IMG/VR virus record: IMGVR_UViG_3300032017_000002
Coordinates: 1-51,929 of that record
Source: a virus
Lineage: Duplodnaviria > Caudoviricetes
Length of the DNA: 51,929 nucleotides
Direction: 5' to 3' (one strand)
Under the pieces are notes generated by a model, which did no database searches, had not been told where the DNA came from, and worked only from the letters and a program-made list of their open reading frames with translations. Both the position numbers and the translations under genes were made by a program. Of this stretch, positions 18,305 through 27,922 are shown in pieces (within the stretch, counting starts at the first letter, position 1; each line of letters begins with the position of its first letter).

Positions 18305-18762
18305 CACGCGCCGTCCGGTCCGCCGTCGCAGGCCAGCTCGACCGCGTGCAGGTGGCGGCCGGGCGTCGGCACCGTGATCGGTCCCGGCGCGAACGCCTGC
18401 ACGGCCGCCTGCTCGATCTGCTCGGCGCGCTGGCGCGCGTAGGCCGCGTGGCCGTCCCAGCGCTCGACGTAGTCCCGGGCCAGCGCGACCGCCGCAGACG
18501 CGGCGTTGATCAGTAGGTCGAACACGGCTCCGTCCATCTGGTCGACCAGCGGCGCGCCGACGAGGTCCCACAGTCGCATCTCGGTGCGGTAGGTCTCGGC
18601 GATGTCGTCCATCAGCTGCGCCTTGATCGCGTGGCCGGCGCCGGTCAGGCGGCTCTGCAGCGCGTGGCGCTGAGCTTGCGCAACGCGCACGTCGGCCAGC
18701 AGCTGCTCGACGGTCACGGTCGCGGTGGGCGTGCCCACGGTGTCCTCCAGGGGGTTGGTCAT
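18304..18762 (-). CDS. Hypothetical protein, leaderless
   Basis: ATG 6 nt after the -10 of promoter copy 5. Confidence 0.6.
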   Translation of the reverse strand: MTNPLEDTVGTPTATVTVEQLLADVRVAQAQRHALQSRLTGAGHAIKAQLMDDIAETYRTEMRLWDLVGAPLVDQMDGAVFDLLINAASAAVALARDYVERWDGHAAYARQRAEQIEQAAVQAFAPGPITVPTPGRHLHAVELACDGGPDGA

Positions 18763-18807
18763 GGGGAGAGTCTACCCCGGGGTTGAGCGGTAGTCCACCC
18801 CGGGGTT
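18760..18807 (-). promoter_or_regulatory. Leaderless promoter with paired operators (copy 5)
   Basis: Minus strand TGGACT-17 nt-TAGACT-ctcccc-ATG with two ACCCCGGGGT. Confidence 0.8.
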
Positions 18808-18938
18808 AGGCGGCCGGTGCAGCAGCGCCTCCACCAGCTCGATCCGCACCACGGTGGCGCCGCCGTTGCGCTGGCTGCGTAGCACCTCCCACAACGCAAG
18901 CTCGCGCCGGCGCGCCTCTCGGCACCCTGCGCACTCGC

Positions 18939-20675
18939 TCATGCCCGCCGCTCCAGCTGTAGGCGGCGCGCGGTGAACTGCGCCTTGACGTCGTCGTCCA
19001 CGTACCCGGCGCCGTCCGCGCGACGGAACAGGTCCAGTAGGTCGGCGATCGTGGCCGCCTGCTCGACTTTGCGCAGCAGCACGTTGATCGTCGCTGCGCG
19101 CTGCAGGTGCTCGGCAAGGTCCTCGCGGACCGGTGGGGCGCCGGTCGAGGGCATGGGGCGCTCCGCCAGGACCTTGCGGTACTGCGCGGCCAGCTCCGCG
19201 GTCATGTGCGCCCCGTTGGGACTCGCCAGCTCGATCGTCACCTCGCCGGGTGGCAGGTACGGGTCTGGGCACGTCATGCCATCGATGATCGGGTGGTTGC
19301 CGTCGCAGCCGGGGGTGTGCACCGGACCCGCGTCTACCCAGGTGTTCGGGTCGCCGGAGTGGTCGAGCGCTTCGCCCGCCTGCTGGCGCTGGTACTCCTC
19401 CTCGGTGACATAGTGCGGCTGCTCGCCGAGATCGTCCGCCCCGACGTAGATGCAGTGCACGCAGTCGACCGTGCCGGGATGCGGGCCGTGGTGCTCGCAG
19501 ATCTCGTCGGTGGTCAGCGACTCGCCGGACTCGTCGATCGCGGGTCGGCCGAACATCTGCCCGGTCAGCGCCTGGTCGGCGTCGGCGGCGATGTGCATCG
19601 GCACGTCGGAGTCCAGCCCGTCGGCCACCTCGCGCATGCGCCGCTCCAGCAGCTCGGGCGGGATCTCGGCGTCCAGGTCGGCCCGGACGATGGCCGCCCC
19701 GCCCAGCTTGCGATCCTCCAGGACGTCGCGCGCGTCGCGCACCAGCTTCTCGCCGATCGACAGGTCCACCCAGTGCCATTCGGCGACGCCACCCTCGGCG
19801 TTGGGCTTGCCCTGCTCGTCCAGGCCGGTGCCGGACGGGATGTGCAGGATCAGCGCCCAGCGCTTCGAGGCGCCCACCTCGGTGCGCTCCCCGGTCTCCT
19901 TGTTGTAGTCGCGCCCGTGCGCGTAGATCCACAGCTGCACGGTGAACTTCTCGCCGAAGTAGTCCGCTGAGCTGCTGGTCTTGTTGTCGACCACGATCCG
20001 CTCACCGGGCAGGATCACGTCCACGACTCGGCCGGCCTTGTCCGTGACCGGCATCGGCCGGCGCGCGGTGACGATCAGGTCGTACTTGCCGGCGGCCATG
20101 GCCTCGTCGCAGACGACGCGGCGTTCGCAGTACAGGACGTCCCAGCGGCTGAGCGCGTCGGCGAACGCGACCAGTGCGGGCACGTCCTCGTCGTCGACCG
20201 CGCCGGCGGCCACCAGATCGTCGACCGACTCGCCCTCGGCGATCCGCTGGAACAGCGAGTGCAGCGAGATGCCGTGATTGGCTGCCGAGTCGGACTCGGC
20301 GAAGGCCAGCGCCTTGTCGTAGACCTCGTACAGCTCGGATTTCTGGTCCGGGCGCGAGTAGCCGTCCAGCGCGCGGGCGCGCTTGGCCAGCGTGCGCGAG
20401 CGGACCACGCCGTAGATGCTGACCGCAGCCTTCCAGCGATGCAGGCCAGCCTGGTACTCCAGCGCGCCGCCCAGCGTGCTGGCGCGGGTGTAAGGCACCA
20501 GCTCGTGCACGGGCTGACCGTGCACGTCGCGCGGGACGACCCAGCGGCCGTTGCGCAGCTCGGCCCGGATGATCTTCGGGCGCTTCCAGCGGTCGCGCGG
20601 GAAATCCTCGAAGTCGTCGCGGCGGGCACCGCCCGGATTGGCCGGCGCGCGTGAGTCGATGTTCTGCACAGCCAT
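18939..20675 (-). CDS. PD-(D/E)XK exonuclease (RecE/Cas4-like phage nuclease) with long acidic C-terminal extension
   Basis: 'RDRWKRP...YTRAST', 'G..LH', 'AGKYD...VVDNKT', 'QLWIYAH'. Confidence 0.8.
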   Translation of the reverse strand: MAVQNIDSRAPANPGGARRDDFEDFPRDRWKRPKIIRAELRNGRWVVPRDVHGQPVHELVPYTRASTLGGALEYQAGLHRWKAAVSIYGVVRSRTLAKRARALDGYSRPDQKSELYEVYDKALAFAESDSAANHGISLHSLFQRIAEGESVDDLVAAGAVDDEDVPALVAFADALSRWDVLYCERRVVCDEAMAAGKYDLIVTARRPMPVTDKAGRVVDVILPGERIVVDNKTSSSADYFGEKFTVQLWIYAHGRDYNKETGERTEVGASKRWALILHIPSGTGLDEQGKPNAEGGVAEWHWVDLSIGEKLVRDARDVLEDRKLGGAAIVRADLDAEIPPELLERRMREVADGLDSDVPMHIAADADQALTGQMFGRPAIDESGESLTTDEICEHHGPHPGTVDCVHCIYVGADDLGEQPHYVTEEEYQRQQAGEALDHSGDPNTWVDAGPVHTPGCDGNHPIIDGMTCPDPYLPPGEVTIELASPNGAHMTAELAAQYRKVLAERPMPSTGAPPVREDLAEHLQRAATINVLLRKVEQAATIADLLDLFRRADGAGYVDDDVKAQFTARRLQLERRA

Positions 20676-20678
20676 CGG

Positions 20679-20885
20679 TCAGTACCCCATCTCGTCCAGG
20701 GAGGTGCCGGTGAACGGTTCACCGGCGTCCGCCACGATCGGGCACAACGCGTGGGACCAGCCGCCGCACTGGTCGGCGCGGATCAGCTCGCCCTCGTCGA
20801 ACTCGTCGCCGCACTCCGAGCACTCGCCCGGGTAGCGGGCAGGGAGGGCCGGCGGCTCCGGCTCGTCGATGTTCTGCACGGCCAT
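20679..20885 (-). CDS. Small Zn-binding protein
   Basis: 'ARYPGEC.ECG..F..GELI...W.H..C'. Confidence 0.6.
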   Translation of the reverse strand: MAVQNIDEPEPPALPARYPGECSECGDEFDEGELIRADQCGGWSHALCPIVADAGEPFTGTSLDEMGY

Positions 20886-21112
20886 CGGTCAGTCCTCCTG
20901 TCCGCGCGCCTGCTCGCGCAGCTTGCGGCGCAGGTAGTCGGCGATGTACTCCGCTCGGGCGGAGGTGTGGTGCACGCGCAGCAGGGCGCTCTGCGCGCGA
21001 GCGCTCCAGCGCTCCCGCTGCCGTTCGCCGAGCCGCTCCCAGGACCGATCGGCCGCGTGCAGCATCTCGCCACTGATCGGCCGCTCAAGGCCCGGTGTCT
21101 GACGCTTGGGCA

Positions 21113-21586
21113 TCAGAACCACCTGTCGGGGTCGGCGCTGACGTACGTGCCGCCGCGCCCCTCGATCTCCAGCTCGGCGGCCGCACCGACGACCTGCGCA
21201 GCCGGCGGCGCCCATGGCCCGGCATCGAGCAGCGCGCAGAGCCGGTTCCACACCTCGGTGGCGCGCACCTCGTCGTCCTGCGTGTCGAACTCGCGGTAGG
21301 TGCTCGCCGTCGCCACGACCGCATCCCGCCAGCGGCACAGCGCCACGAACGTCTCACCATCGCCATCGATCGGGCAGTCCTGCTGCGGCCCGTCGGTGTC
21401 CGGTCCGGCGTTGCACAGGCACAGCGGCGCGAGCCGGGCGACGACCTGCTGGCACCTCTGGCCGGCACGTAGCACGCTGCGCAGGCCGAGCATGTCGGAT
21501 CGCCAGCGTCGGTCGTCCTCGCTGGGCGACGATGGCGTGCCGGCTATCTCGGCGTCAACCAGCGCGATCGCCTCGTCGTGGTTCAT
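21113..21586 (-). CDS. Hypothetical protein
   Basis: 'C.C..GPDTDGPQQDCPIDG' motif; coupled gene chain. Confidence 0.5.
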   Translation of the reverse strand: MNHDEAIALVDAEIAGTPSSPSEDDRRWRSDMLGLRSVLRAGQRCQQVVARLAPLCLCNAGPDTDGPQQDCPIDGDGETFVALCRWRDAVVATASTYREFDTQDDEVRATEVWNRLCALLDAGPWAPPAAQVVGAAAELEIEGRGGTYVSADPDRWF

Positions 21587-22050
21587 CACCGCCGCCTGGT
21601 GGTCGTCGGGGTGCTGGGCTTGGGCGCGGTCGTCGGACGCGGGGCCGCCGAGCTGGGCGCCGGCGCGCGCGGCACGGTCACCACGGTGGTCGAGCGCCCC
21701 CGGTGCTCGGTCTCGTAGCGATCGGTGGGGTCCCACCAGTCCCCGTCGAGCACCTGGCCGGGCACCGGCTGCTCGTCGGGTTCGGAGACGTCGGCGGCCG
21801 GCGCGGACCACCAGCGCGCGCCGTTCGTGACGCGGGAGTCGTTCTGCGCGGCCGCGCAGCGGCTCGGGTCCAGCGCGGTCGGTGGAGTCTCGGGGGTGCC
21901 GCACGCGTAGGCAGCCGGCACCTGGCCGCAGGCCACCACCAGCACGAAGATCGCGCCGATCAGCGCCACCCAGAGCAGCACCAACGCCCAGGTCGGCATG
22001 GAGTTGGTCACCGGCTCGGGCGGTCTGCCCGGCGGACGTTCCTCGGTCAT
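21586..22050 (-). CDS. Membrane/exported protein
   Basis: TM 'WALVLLWVALIGAIFVLVVAC'; P/T-rich tail. Confidence 0.55.
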   Translation of the reverse strand: MTEERPPGRPPEPVTNSMPTWALVLLWVALIGAIFVLVVACGQVPAAYACGTPETPPTALDPSRCAAAQNDSRVTNGARWWSAPAADVSEPDEQPVPGQVLDGDWWDPTDRYETEHRGRSTTVVTVPRAPAPSSAAPRPTTAPKPSTPTTTRRR

Positions 22051-22430
22051 GCTCGGTCCTTTCCAGGGATGGGCCCCGGCGCCGGGAGGCGCGGGGTGGT
22101 CGAGCGCAGGGGGGCGATGCTGCCGCTGGTGCCGACGCTGCTCGGGCGCGGTCGGGGACTGGGGGTCGGACCCTGTCGCGGGCGCACCTCCACGCCGGCG
22201 CGCGGGAAGACCTGACCGAAGCCGGCCGGCGGGAATGGCGCCTGGCCGGACTGGATCGCCGCCTGCAGCTCGCGCCCGGTGGCCACCCCGTCGTCGTAGC
22301 TGCGCCGGCGGATCTCGGCGACGTCGTCGGCCAGTAGCCGCAGCAGCCGGCGCACTGCCCAGCGTCGCGCGACCCGCAGCGCGGCAGCGGCCAGTCCGGC
22401 CGCCGCCGCGCGCATCCGGTGGGCGGACAT
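22047..22430 (-). CDS. Hypothetical protein
   Basis: TGATG/ATGA coupling on both sides. Confidence 0.4.
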   Translation of the reverse strand: MSAHRMRAAAAGLAAAALRVARRWAVRRLLRLLADDVAEIRRRSYDDGVATGRELQAAIQSGQAPFPPAGFGQVFPRAGVEVRPRQGPTPSPRPRPSSVGTSGSIAPLRSTTPRLPAPGPIPGKDRA

Positions 22431-22969
22431 CAGAACGGCAGCTCGTCCGAGTCGCCCGCGTCGGCGTTCTGCACGCCCGGCACCGGCATGCCGGCAGCGG
22501 CCAGCTCTTCGCGCTCCAAGCCGGTGAACGGGTCCTGGCCGTACTTGTCGAACGCGGCGACGACGCGCTCGAACTCCGGGTCGGTGCACGGCTCGGCGCC
22601 GACCTGCTGCTTGTTGCGCTTGTCCGTGTAGTACGCGACGGCCAGGCAAACATCCTCGCCGGGCTGGCGCGCCATGGTCTTGACCCGGGCGCCGACCCGC
22701 TCGCGCTTGGTGCGCAGCTTGCCCGTGATCCCGGCCTTGATGATCTTCTCGTCGCGCAGCACGAGGCCAGCCCACTCGCCCGCGTTGTCCTGGTCGGCGA
22801 ACAGCACGGCGACGTCGGCGATCACCGGATGCGCCGGCGGCTGACCCGGTGTCAGGGTCTCCGGGTCGCAGACCCGCTTGATCCGGAAGGCGCACACCGC
22901 GCGCACCTTCGCCAGCTCGGCCCAGTCCTTGAAGTGGTCGCCGCCACCGGCGTCGGCATTGCTGACCAT
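22430..22969 (-). CDS. Probable single-stranded DNA-binding protein
   Basis: First gene of the leftward arm; AGGAGG RBS; acidic C-terminus ending 'DSDELPF'. Confidence 0.55.
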   Translation of the reverse strand: MVSNADAGGGDHFKDWAELAKVRAVCAFRIKRVCDPETLTPGQPPAHPVIADVAVLFADQDNAGEWAGLVLRDEKIIKAGITGKLRTKRERVGARVKTMARQPGEDVCLAVAYYTDKRNKQQVGAEPCTDPEFERVVAAFDKYGQDPFTGLEREELAAAGMPVPGVQNADAGDSDELPF

Positions 22970-23072
22970 GCTCGTCCTCCTGCTCGTCGGTGCGCGCCGA
23001 TAGCGTGCTGTGGCGCGCTGAGTGCGTGCCTGACCGTACCGGGTGCGCGGATTCTGCGCTACCGTACCCGCC
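22970..23072. promoter_or_regulatory. Divergent control region between the leftward and rightward arms
   Basis: Strand switch; TACCGT lies 7 nt before ATG 23073 (leaderless geometry). Confidence 0.55.
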
Positions 23073-23327
23073 ATGACCGACGAAACCGGCGAGGCGCCGG
23101 AGCGCGAGGAGCTGACGGGGGTGAGCGCCGCGCTGGCCGCCGAGCTGGCACGCCGACGCATCACCTGGGCCGAGGCGCGCCGGCGGATGCCCACGGACGT
23201 GGCCATCGCGCGCACCGCGTGGGAGCAGCGCATGCGCACGCCGGGCCTGTGGCGCCTGCGCGAGCTGGAGGCGCTCGCGGAGGTAGTTGGTGTCCCGCTG
23301 GCCATGTTGACGAAGGAGACGAGCTGA
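23073..23327 (+). CDS. Xre/Cro-like HTH regulator
   Basis: 'LAAELARRRIT..E..RR...W.LRELEALAEVVGVP...L'. Confidence 0.7.
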   Translation: MTDETGEAPEREELTGVSAALAAELARRRITWAEARRRMPTDVAIARTAWEQRMRTPGLWRLRELEALAEVVGVPLAMLTKETS

Positions 23328-23767
23328 TGGGGTACAGGAGCAGCCTGCGCGGCAGGATCCGGATCGAGCCGCCGGTACCGGCGAAGGTGCTGGCGCAGTC
23401 GCGGTTCATGCCGGGCGACACCTACCCGCAGACCTCGGTGGTCTACGACGTGCAGACCGTCGTGCGCGAGACCGACGAGGGCGAGCTGACGGTCCGCCGG
23501 GTCGCCGGACTGGTCTGCCCGTACGAGGAAGAGGCGAAGCACTACGCCGTCGCCGAGGAGCTGTGCGATATCGCCGCCGAGCTACCGGCGGGTCACGCCA
23601 TGGTCGGCGAGCTGATCCGGGTCGGCGAAGAGAACCCGGACGTCGAGCGGTTCCGGATGGCCGGAGACGGGCGCACGGTGCTGGTCGAGCAGGCCCGGGT
23701 GCTGTGGTCGGACGGCACGGAGTTCGACCTGCGCGTGTACTGGGCCGACCCGACGGAGCCTGGCTGA
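23327..23767 (+). CDS. Conserved hypothetical phage protein
   Basis: 'MGY.S...G.I.IEPP...K.Y...GEE..D..R'; TGATG coupling. Confidence 0.65.
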   Translation: MGYRSSLRGRIRIEPPVPAKVLAQSRFMPGDTYPQTSVVYDVQTVVRETDEGELTVRRVAGLVCPYEEEAKHYAVAEELCDIAAELPAGHAMVGELIRVGEENPDVERFRMAGDGRTVLVEQARVLWSDGTEFDLRVYWADPTEPG

Positions 23768-24210
23768 TGGGCATCGACTTCTACGCCGGCTGCCGGTGCG
23801 ACGAGGGCGCTGGCGAGTGCTGGCACGAGCCGCCGGACGCGCCGCACTGGGCCTACAGCGGGTTCCACCGGTTCCGCACCGCGGTGGCCGCGACCGTTGG
23901 TATCGACCTGGAGCGCATGGAGGGCTTCCGGGTCAGCTACGTGCCCGACGTGCTCGGCGAGCGCAGCTGGGACGACGTCCCCGAGCAGGCGCGTGCGCTC
24001 ATCCCGTTCCTGAACCACTCGGACTGCGACGACGAGCTGGGCCCGGTCGAGTGCGGCACGGTGGCGCCGGCGTTGCGCGAGGCGATCGAACGCGCCTGGC
24101 CGGGGCTGGGTCCCGAGGGTCACGATGTCTACGACCGGTGCCAGGGACTCGACCTGGTCGAGCTGATGACCTGGTGCGCCGAGCATCACGTGCCGCTGGT
24201 GTTCTGTTGA
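23767..24210 (+). CDS. Conserved hypothetical phage protein
   Basis: 'WAYSGFHRFR...PFLNHSDCD'. Confidence 0.65.
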   Translation: MGIDFYAGCRCDEGAGECWHEPPDAPHWAYSGFHRFRTAVAATVGIDLERMEGFRVSYVPDVLGERSWDDVPEQARALIPFLNHSDCDDELGPVECGTVAPALREAIERAWPGLGPEGHDVYDRCQGLDLVELMTWCAEHHVPLVFC

Positions 24211-24458
24211 CCCGCCACCCGGAGTCGCCGCTGGCCAAGGTCGCGTTCGGCGTCGGACTGCTCGGCCTGACCCTGGTCATGGGAGCCAACCCGTTCGCGG
24301 TGTGGGTCGAGAACTACGGCGGCACCCGCGAGCAGCGCCAGGGCTACATGCCGTGGTTGTGGGGGGCGCTGGGCACCGGGGTCGCGCTGCTGGTGTTGGC
24401 CGTCGCGCTCGTAGTGATCGCCGACCGACGCGACCGGATCCGGCGGTACGGCCGATGA
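24207..24458 (+). CDS. Two-TM membrane protein
   Basis: Two hydrophobic segments; TTGA overlap. Confidence 0.5.
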   Translation: MTRHPESPLAKVAFGVGLLGLTLVMGANPFAVWVENYGGTREQRQGYMPWLWGALGTGVALLVLAVALVVIADRRDRIRRYGR

Positions 24459-24994
24459 CCGACCCGCCTCGCTACGTCGCCCCGCAGGACTGGACGGGCC
24501 CGTCACATCTGCGCCCGGGACTGTTCCTGCGCCGCTGGCAGATCGACGAGCTGGTGGCGACCGAGCGGGAGTTCCCGCCGCAGCCGCCCCACGTGCACGG
24601 CCTGCGCCTGCCCGAGTGGTCCGACGAGGTGCCGACCGGCGCGCGCTCGCTGGTGAAGGGGTTGCACGGCTGGGTGTGGGTGCCGACGCTGGCGCGCGGG
24701 TTCGCCGAGCGGGCGGCCAGTACCTCGAAGGCGGCCGGGTACCGACCGCACCGCTGGGTCGACGTGGAGTCGCTCGCGGTGCGGCTGCGCCACCGGCCAG
24801 CGAGTACCGGGGCGGTGGCGGTCTGGACGCGCGACACCGGCGACGACGTGGATCCGGCGACCAGCTGGGGGACCGACGGCGCCTGGATCTGGGCGCTGCA
24901 TCCGACGCAGGACCGGCCCGCGCAGATCCCGGTGGCCGTCGGCGTGGAGGCGCTGCGGCCGATGCTGGTGCGGATCGGCGAGGAGTTCACGTGA
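24455..24994 (+). CDS. Hypothetical protein
   Basis: ATGA overlap; Trp-rich. Confidence 0.5.
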   Translation: MTDPPRYVAPQDWTGPSHLRPGLFLRRWQIDELVATEREFPPQPPHVHGLRLPEWSDEVPTGARSLVKGLHGWVWVPTLARGFAERAASTSKAAGYRPHRWVDVESLAVRLRHRPASTGAVAVWTRDTGDDVDPATSWGTDGAWIWALHPTQDRPAQIPVAVGVEALRPMLVRIGEEFT

Positions 24995-25514
24995 AAGGCC
25001 CGATGCGTGACATCGGCGACCAGGAATGCAAGCAAACGTGCACGACAGGTCGGGGAGTCTGGAGAGGGGCAGTTGATGGTCAAGGTCGAACATCAGGTCG
25101 TGGTGGCCAACCCCGCGCACCCGGTCGCGCCTGGCGCCGCCACGATCGAGCAGGTGGCCACCGAGGTGTACGCGACCGTGCGCGGGCGGGTGGGTCTGGG
25201 CTACGCGGTCTCGGTGCGCTGGGACGCGATCGTGCGGATGGTGGCCGGCACCCGCACGGCGCGCGAGTGGCGCCCCGGCGAGGTGCTGCCCGAGCAGACC
25301 GTCGCCGTGCAGTGCACCGGACTGGGGTGGACCGGGTGAGGCTCTGGGCGCTGCTCCTGCTGACTGCGCTCGCCGGGTGCGTGTCGCTGGCCAGCCTGGT
25401 GTTCGAGCTGTCCGACTGGCTGACCGTTGCCGCCGCAGTTCCGGCCGGGATCGGCGGCGCCCTGATCGGCGATCGTGTCGGCATCTGGCTGCAGGCGCGT
25501 GGATGGGGGCGGTC

Positions 25515-26003
25515 ATGACCCGCCAGCTCGATCCCGACCAGCTGCCGGGTACCCCGGGCGGCGACGGACTGATCTGCGCCGAGTGCGTACACGGCGGGAT
25601 CGCCGACGACTGGTGCGACTGTGTGGCCGACGGTGCCGATATCCAGCAGTGCCGGGGCCCGTGCCGCCAGCGGGCGCACGAGCCGGAGCGGTGCCCGTTC
25701 CGCGACGCCTACGTGCCGCTGCCGATCCGCTGGTCGCAGGTCGAGCCGGGCGACGTGATCCGCTGGCGCAACGGCGAGCTGCACATGGTGACCTGGACCG
25801 GCGGGTGCCAGTGCCACGCGCCGAACTTCCGGCCGGGCGCCTACGAGATCCAGACGGTGCGCGGGATCTACGCCGGCCAGCTGTTCCACAGCACCGACCC
25901 GGACCGACCGGTGCCCGTGCTGGTGCCCTACGCCGAGCGCGCCGCGCTGCTGACGCTGCGCGCCGGCGGACTCAACCCGACCATGATCAGGGACCGACCA
26001 TGA
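25515..26003 (+). CDS. Cys-rich hypothetical protein
   Basis: ATGA overlap; many Cys/His residues. Confidence 0.5.
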   Translation: MTRQLDPDQLPGTPGGDGLICAECVHGGIADDWCDCVADGADIQQCRGPCRQRAHEPERCPFRDAYVPLPIRWSQVEPGDVIRWRNGELHMVTWTGGCQCHAPNFRPGAYEIQTVRGIYAGQLFHSTDPDRPVPVLVPYAERAALLTLRAGGLNPTMIRDRP

Positions 26004-26212
26004 GCCATGCCTGCCCCGCGCCCGACTGCACCTCGGACCGCCCGGTGCCCTCGCACATGTTCTCCTGCCGGGCGGGCTGGTTCCGACTACCGAAGGAACT
26101 GCGCGATCGCGTGTGGGCGACCGCGGGCGACCCGTTCTCCGACGAGCGCGCCGATGTGGTCGCCGAGTGCGTCGAGTACTACCGGGCCAACCCTCGGAAG
26201 GTCCGCCGGTGA
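26000..26212 (+). CDS. Small Zn-finger-like protein
   Basis: 'HACPAPDC...VP.HMFSC...WFRLP.ELRDRVW'. Confidence 0.6.
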   Translation: MSHACPAPDCTSDRPVPSHMFSCRAGWFRLPKELRDRVWATAGDPFSDERADVVAECVEYYRANPRKVRR

Positions 26213-26553
26213 CCGAGTGCTTCGGCCAGGGGTATCCGCTGTTCGCGCGGCGCGAGGGCCGTACGTACGCCGTGGTGGGCTGGCGCGAGACCGGATCCAG
26301 CTACACGCCGGACTTCGCTCCGGTGCTTGCGCCGGTCGATGCGCCCGGCGGGCGCGCGAGCGTGTCCGAGCGCGCATACATCGAAGGCGGCGAGTTCGCG
26401 TTCTCTGTGCCCACCCCGGCGCGCGAGCTGGTCGCCGAGCTGACCGATGCGCTGGACACCTTCGAGCGGGACTCGTACCTGATCGAGCCGTACGACCGCC
26501 CGATCCGGCTGGTGGCCGACCTACGCCGACTGCTGGAGCGCTGGTCGTCGTGA
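26209..26553 (+). CDS. Hypothetical protein
   Basis: GTGA overlaps at both ends. Confidence 0.45.
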   Translation: MTECFGQGYPLFARREGRTYAVVGWRETGSSYTPDFAPVLAPVDAPGGRASVSERAYIEGGEFAFSVPTPARELVAELTDALDTFERDSYLIEPYDRPIRLVADLRRLLERWSS

Positions 26554-26733
26554 GCCTGGACCGCGAGCCGGGCGCCAGTATCGGGTGCTGGATCGCGCTG
26601 CTGCTGTACCTGTTCATGGTCTGTCTGGTGGCGCTGATCGTGCTCGGGATCATCTGGTAGCGCGCCCTGCCGGGTGTTGCACATGTGCGGTACCGTTGCA
26701 GATCTGGCTACACGTGACCCCCTGGAGGACGAC

Positions 26734-27324
26734 ATGCGCTACGAGCTGGAGCACGGCGCCGAGGTACCCGACGAGCCGGGCGACCGCGTGCTGTGGTCGG
26801 CGGACAGGACCTACATCGCCCGCTGGGACCGGGTCGGCGGGGGCGACCTGTGGCACTCGAACCACGGGTCGGACGGCAAGCTGAACCTGCTGTGGCCGGA
26901 GCTGCTGGACCGGTTCGGCCCGGTGTTCGACGACTTCGACGAGGTGCGCAGGCACCGCAACGAGCTGTCCGACGCGCTGGTGCCGGCCGTCGAGCCGGCC
27001 GAGTCGGCCACCACGTCGCCGGACGCCGACCAGTCCGACGCGCGAATCTGGTTCACCCCGCAGCAGCTGGTCGAGCACGACGAGCGGACCCGCAGGTTCG
27101 CCGCTGCCGACGAGCGCGACAAGTTCGTGCGCGAGCTGGCCGACTCGCCCGTCGACCCGACCGGCCAGCAGCTCGGCGACGGCGTGCAGGCGCTGGTGGC
27201 CGAGGTGGTCGGGACCTGGGCGCGCAAGACGGCCGGCTCACGTACCGCGACCGACTCGGACCTGCGCACCGCACTGGACCAGCTGGCCGGCGCCGCGCGG
27301 GTGATGGGTTGGGTCGAGCTGTGA
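26734..27324 (+). CDS. Hypothetical protein
   Basis: CCCTGGAGGAC RBS; 'WPELLDRFGPV' motif. Confidence 0.6.
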   Translation: MRYELEHGAEVPDEPGDRVLWSADRTYIARWDRVGGGDLWHSNHGSDGKLNLLWPELLDRFGPVFDDFDEVRRHRNELSDALVPAVEPAESATTSPDADQSDARIWFTPQQLVEHDERTRRFAAADERDKFVRELADSPVDPTGQQLGDGVQALVAEVVGTWARKTAGSRTATDSDLRTALDQLAGAARVMGWVEL

Positions 27325-27556
27325 TCGAGATCGAGCTGCATCGCGGACACCTCGCCGACGACCTGGTGCTGCAGGTGACCGTGCTCAACGGCGGCAACCT
27401 GCATGTCGACGAGTACAACGACGAGCCGGTCACCGCGCGGGTCGAGGACGCCACGCTGGTCGTGCGCGACCTGGGCGGGCTGGTGCTGGCCATCTACCGC
27501 GGGCCCTGGAAGGCGCAGATTGCCCCGCGCCGCTCCGGCACGATGCGGACCGGCTG

Positions 27557-27814
27557 ATGGGCGCCGACGAGCTGGACCAGACCGCGCTGCTGCGCTGGAT
27601 CGACGTCGAGCTAGGCACCGACGTGCCCGAGGTGAGCGTGCCGCTTCGGCGGATGGTGGCGCGCTCGGCGCAGCTGGAGCTGATCGCGCATCGGGCGCGG
27701 GACGTCGTGAGCGCGCAGGAGTTCGGCGACGAGGCAGAGGTGGCCGGCCAGGTCTGGATCCTGTCGCTGGCGCTCATCGAGCTGGACACCAACCCGATGC
27801 TGCGGGCGCACTGA
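27557..27814 (+). CDS. Hypothetical protein
   Basis: TGATG coupling. Confidence 0.45.
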   Translation: MGADELDQTALLRWIDVELGTDVPEVSVPLRRMVARSAQLELIAHRARDVVSAQEFGDEAEVAGQVWILSLALIELDTNPMLRAH

Positions 27815-27922
27815 CCGCGCTCCACTCTGCACTCCACACAGCACGGTGATCATGCATTCCTGCACGTCAACGGGCGTGCAGCTACACCGTAGGATTTCGG
27901 GAGACACGGACGGTGAGCACGC

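Noticed and set aside
18939-20675. Cas4-like nuclease as part of the RAMP system
   Set aside because: It lies about 23 kb away in an ordinary recombination module with helicase, RusA and SSB-like genes; nothing links it to the cassette.
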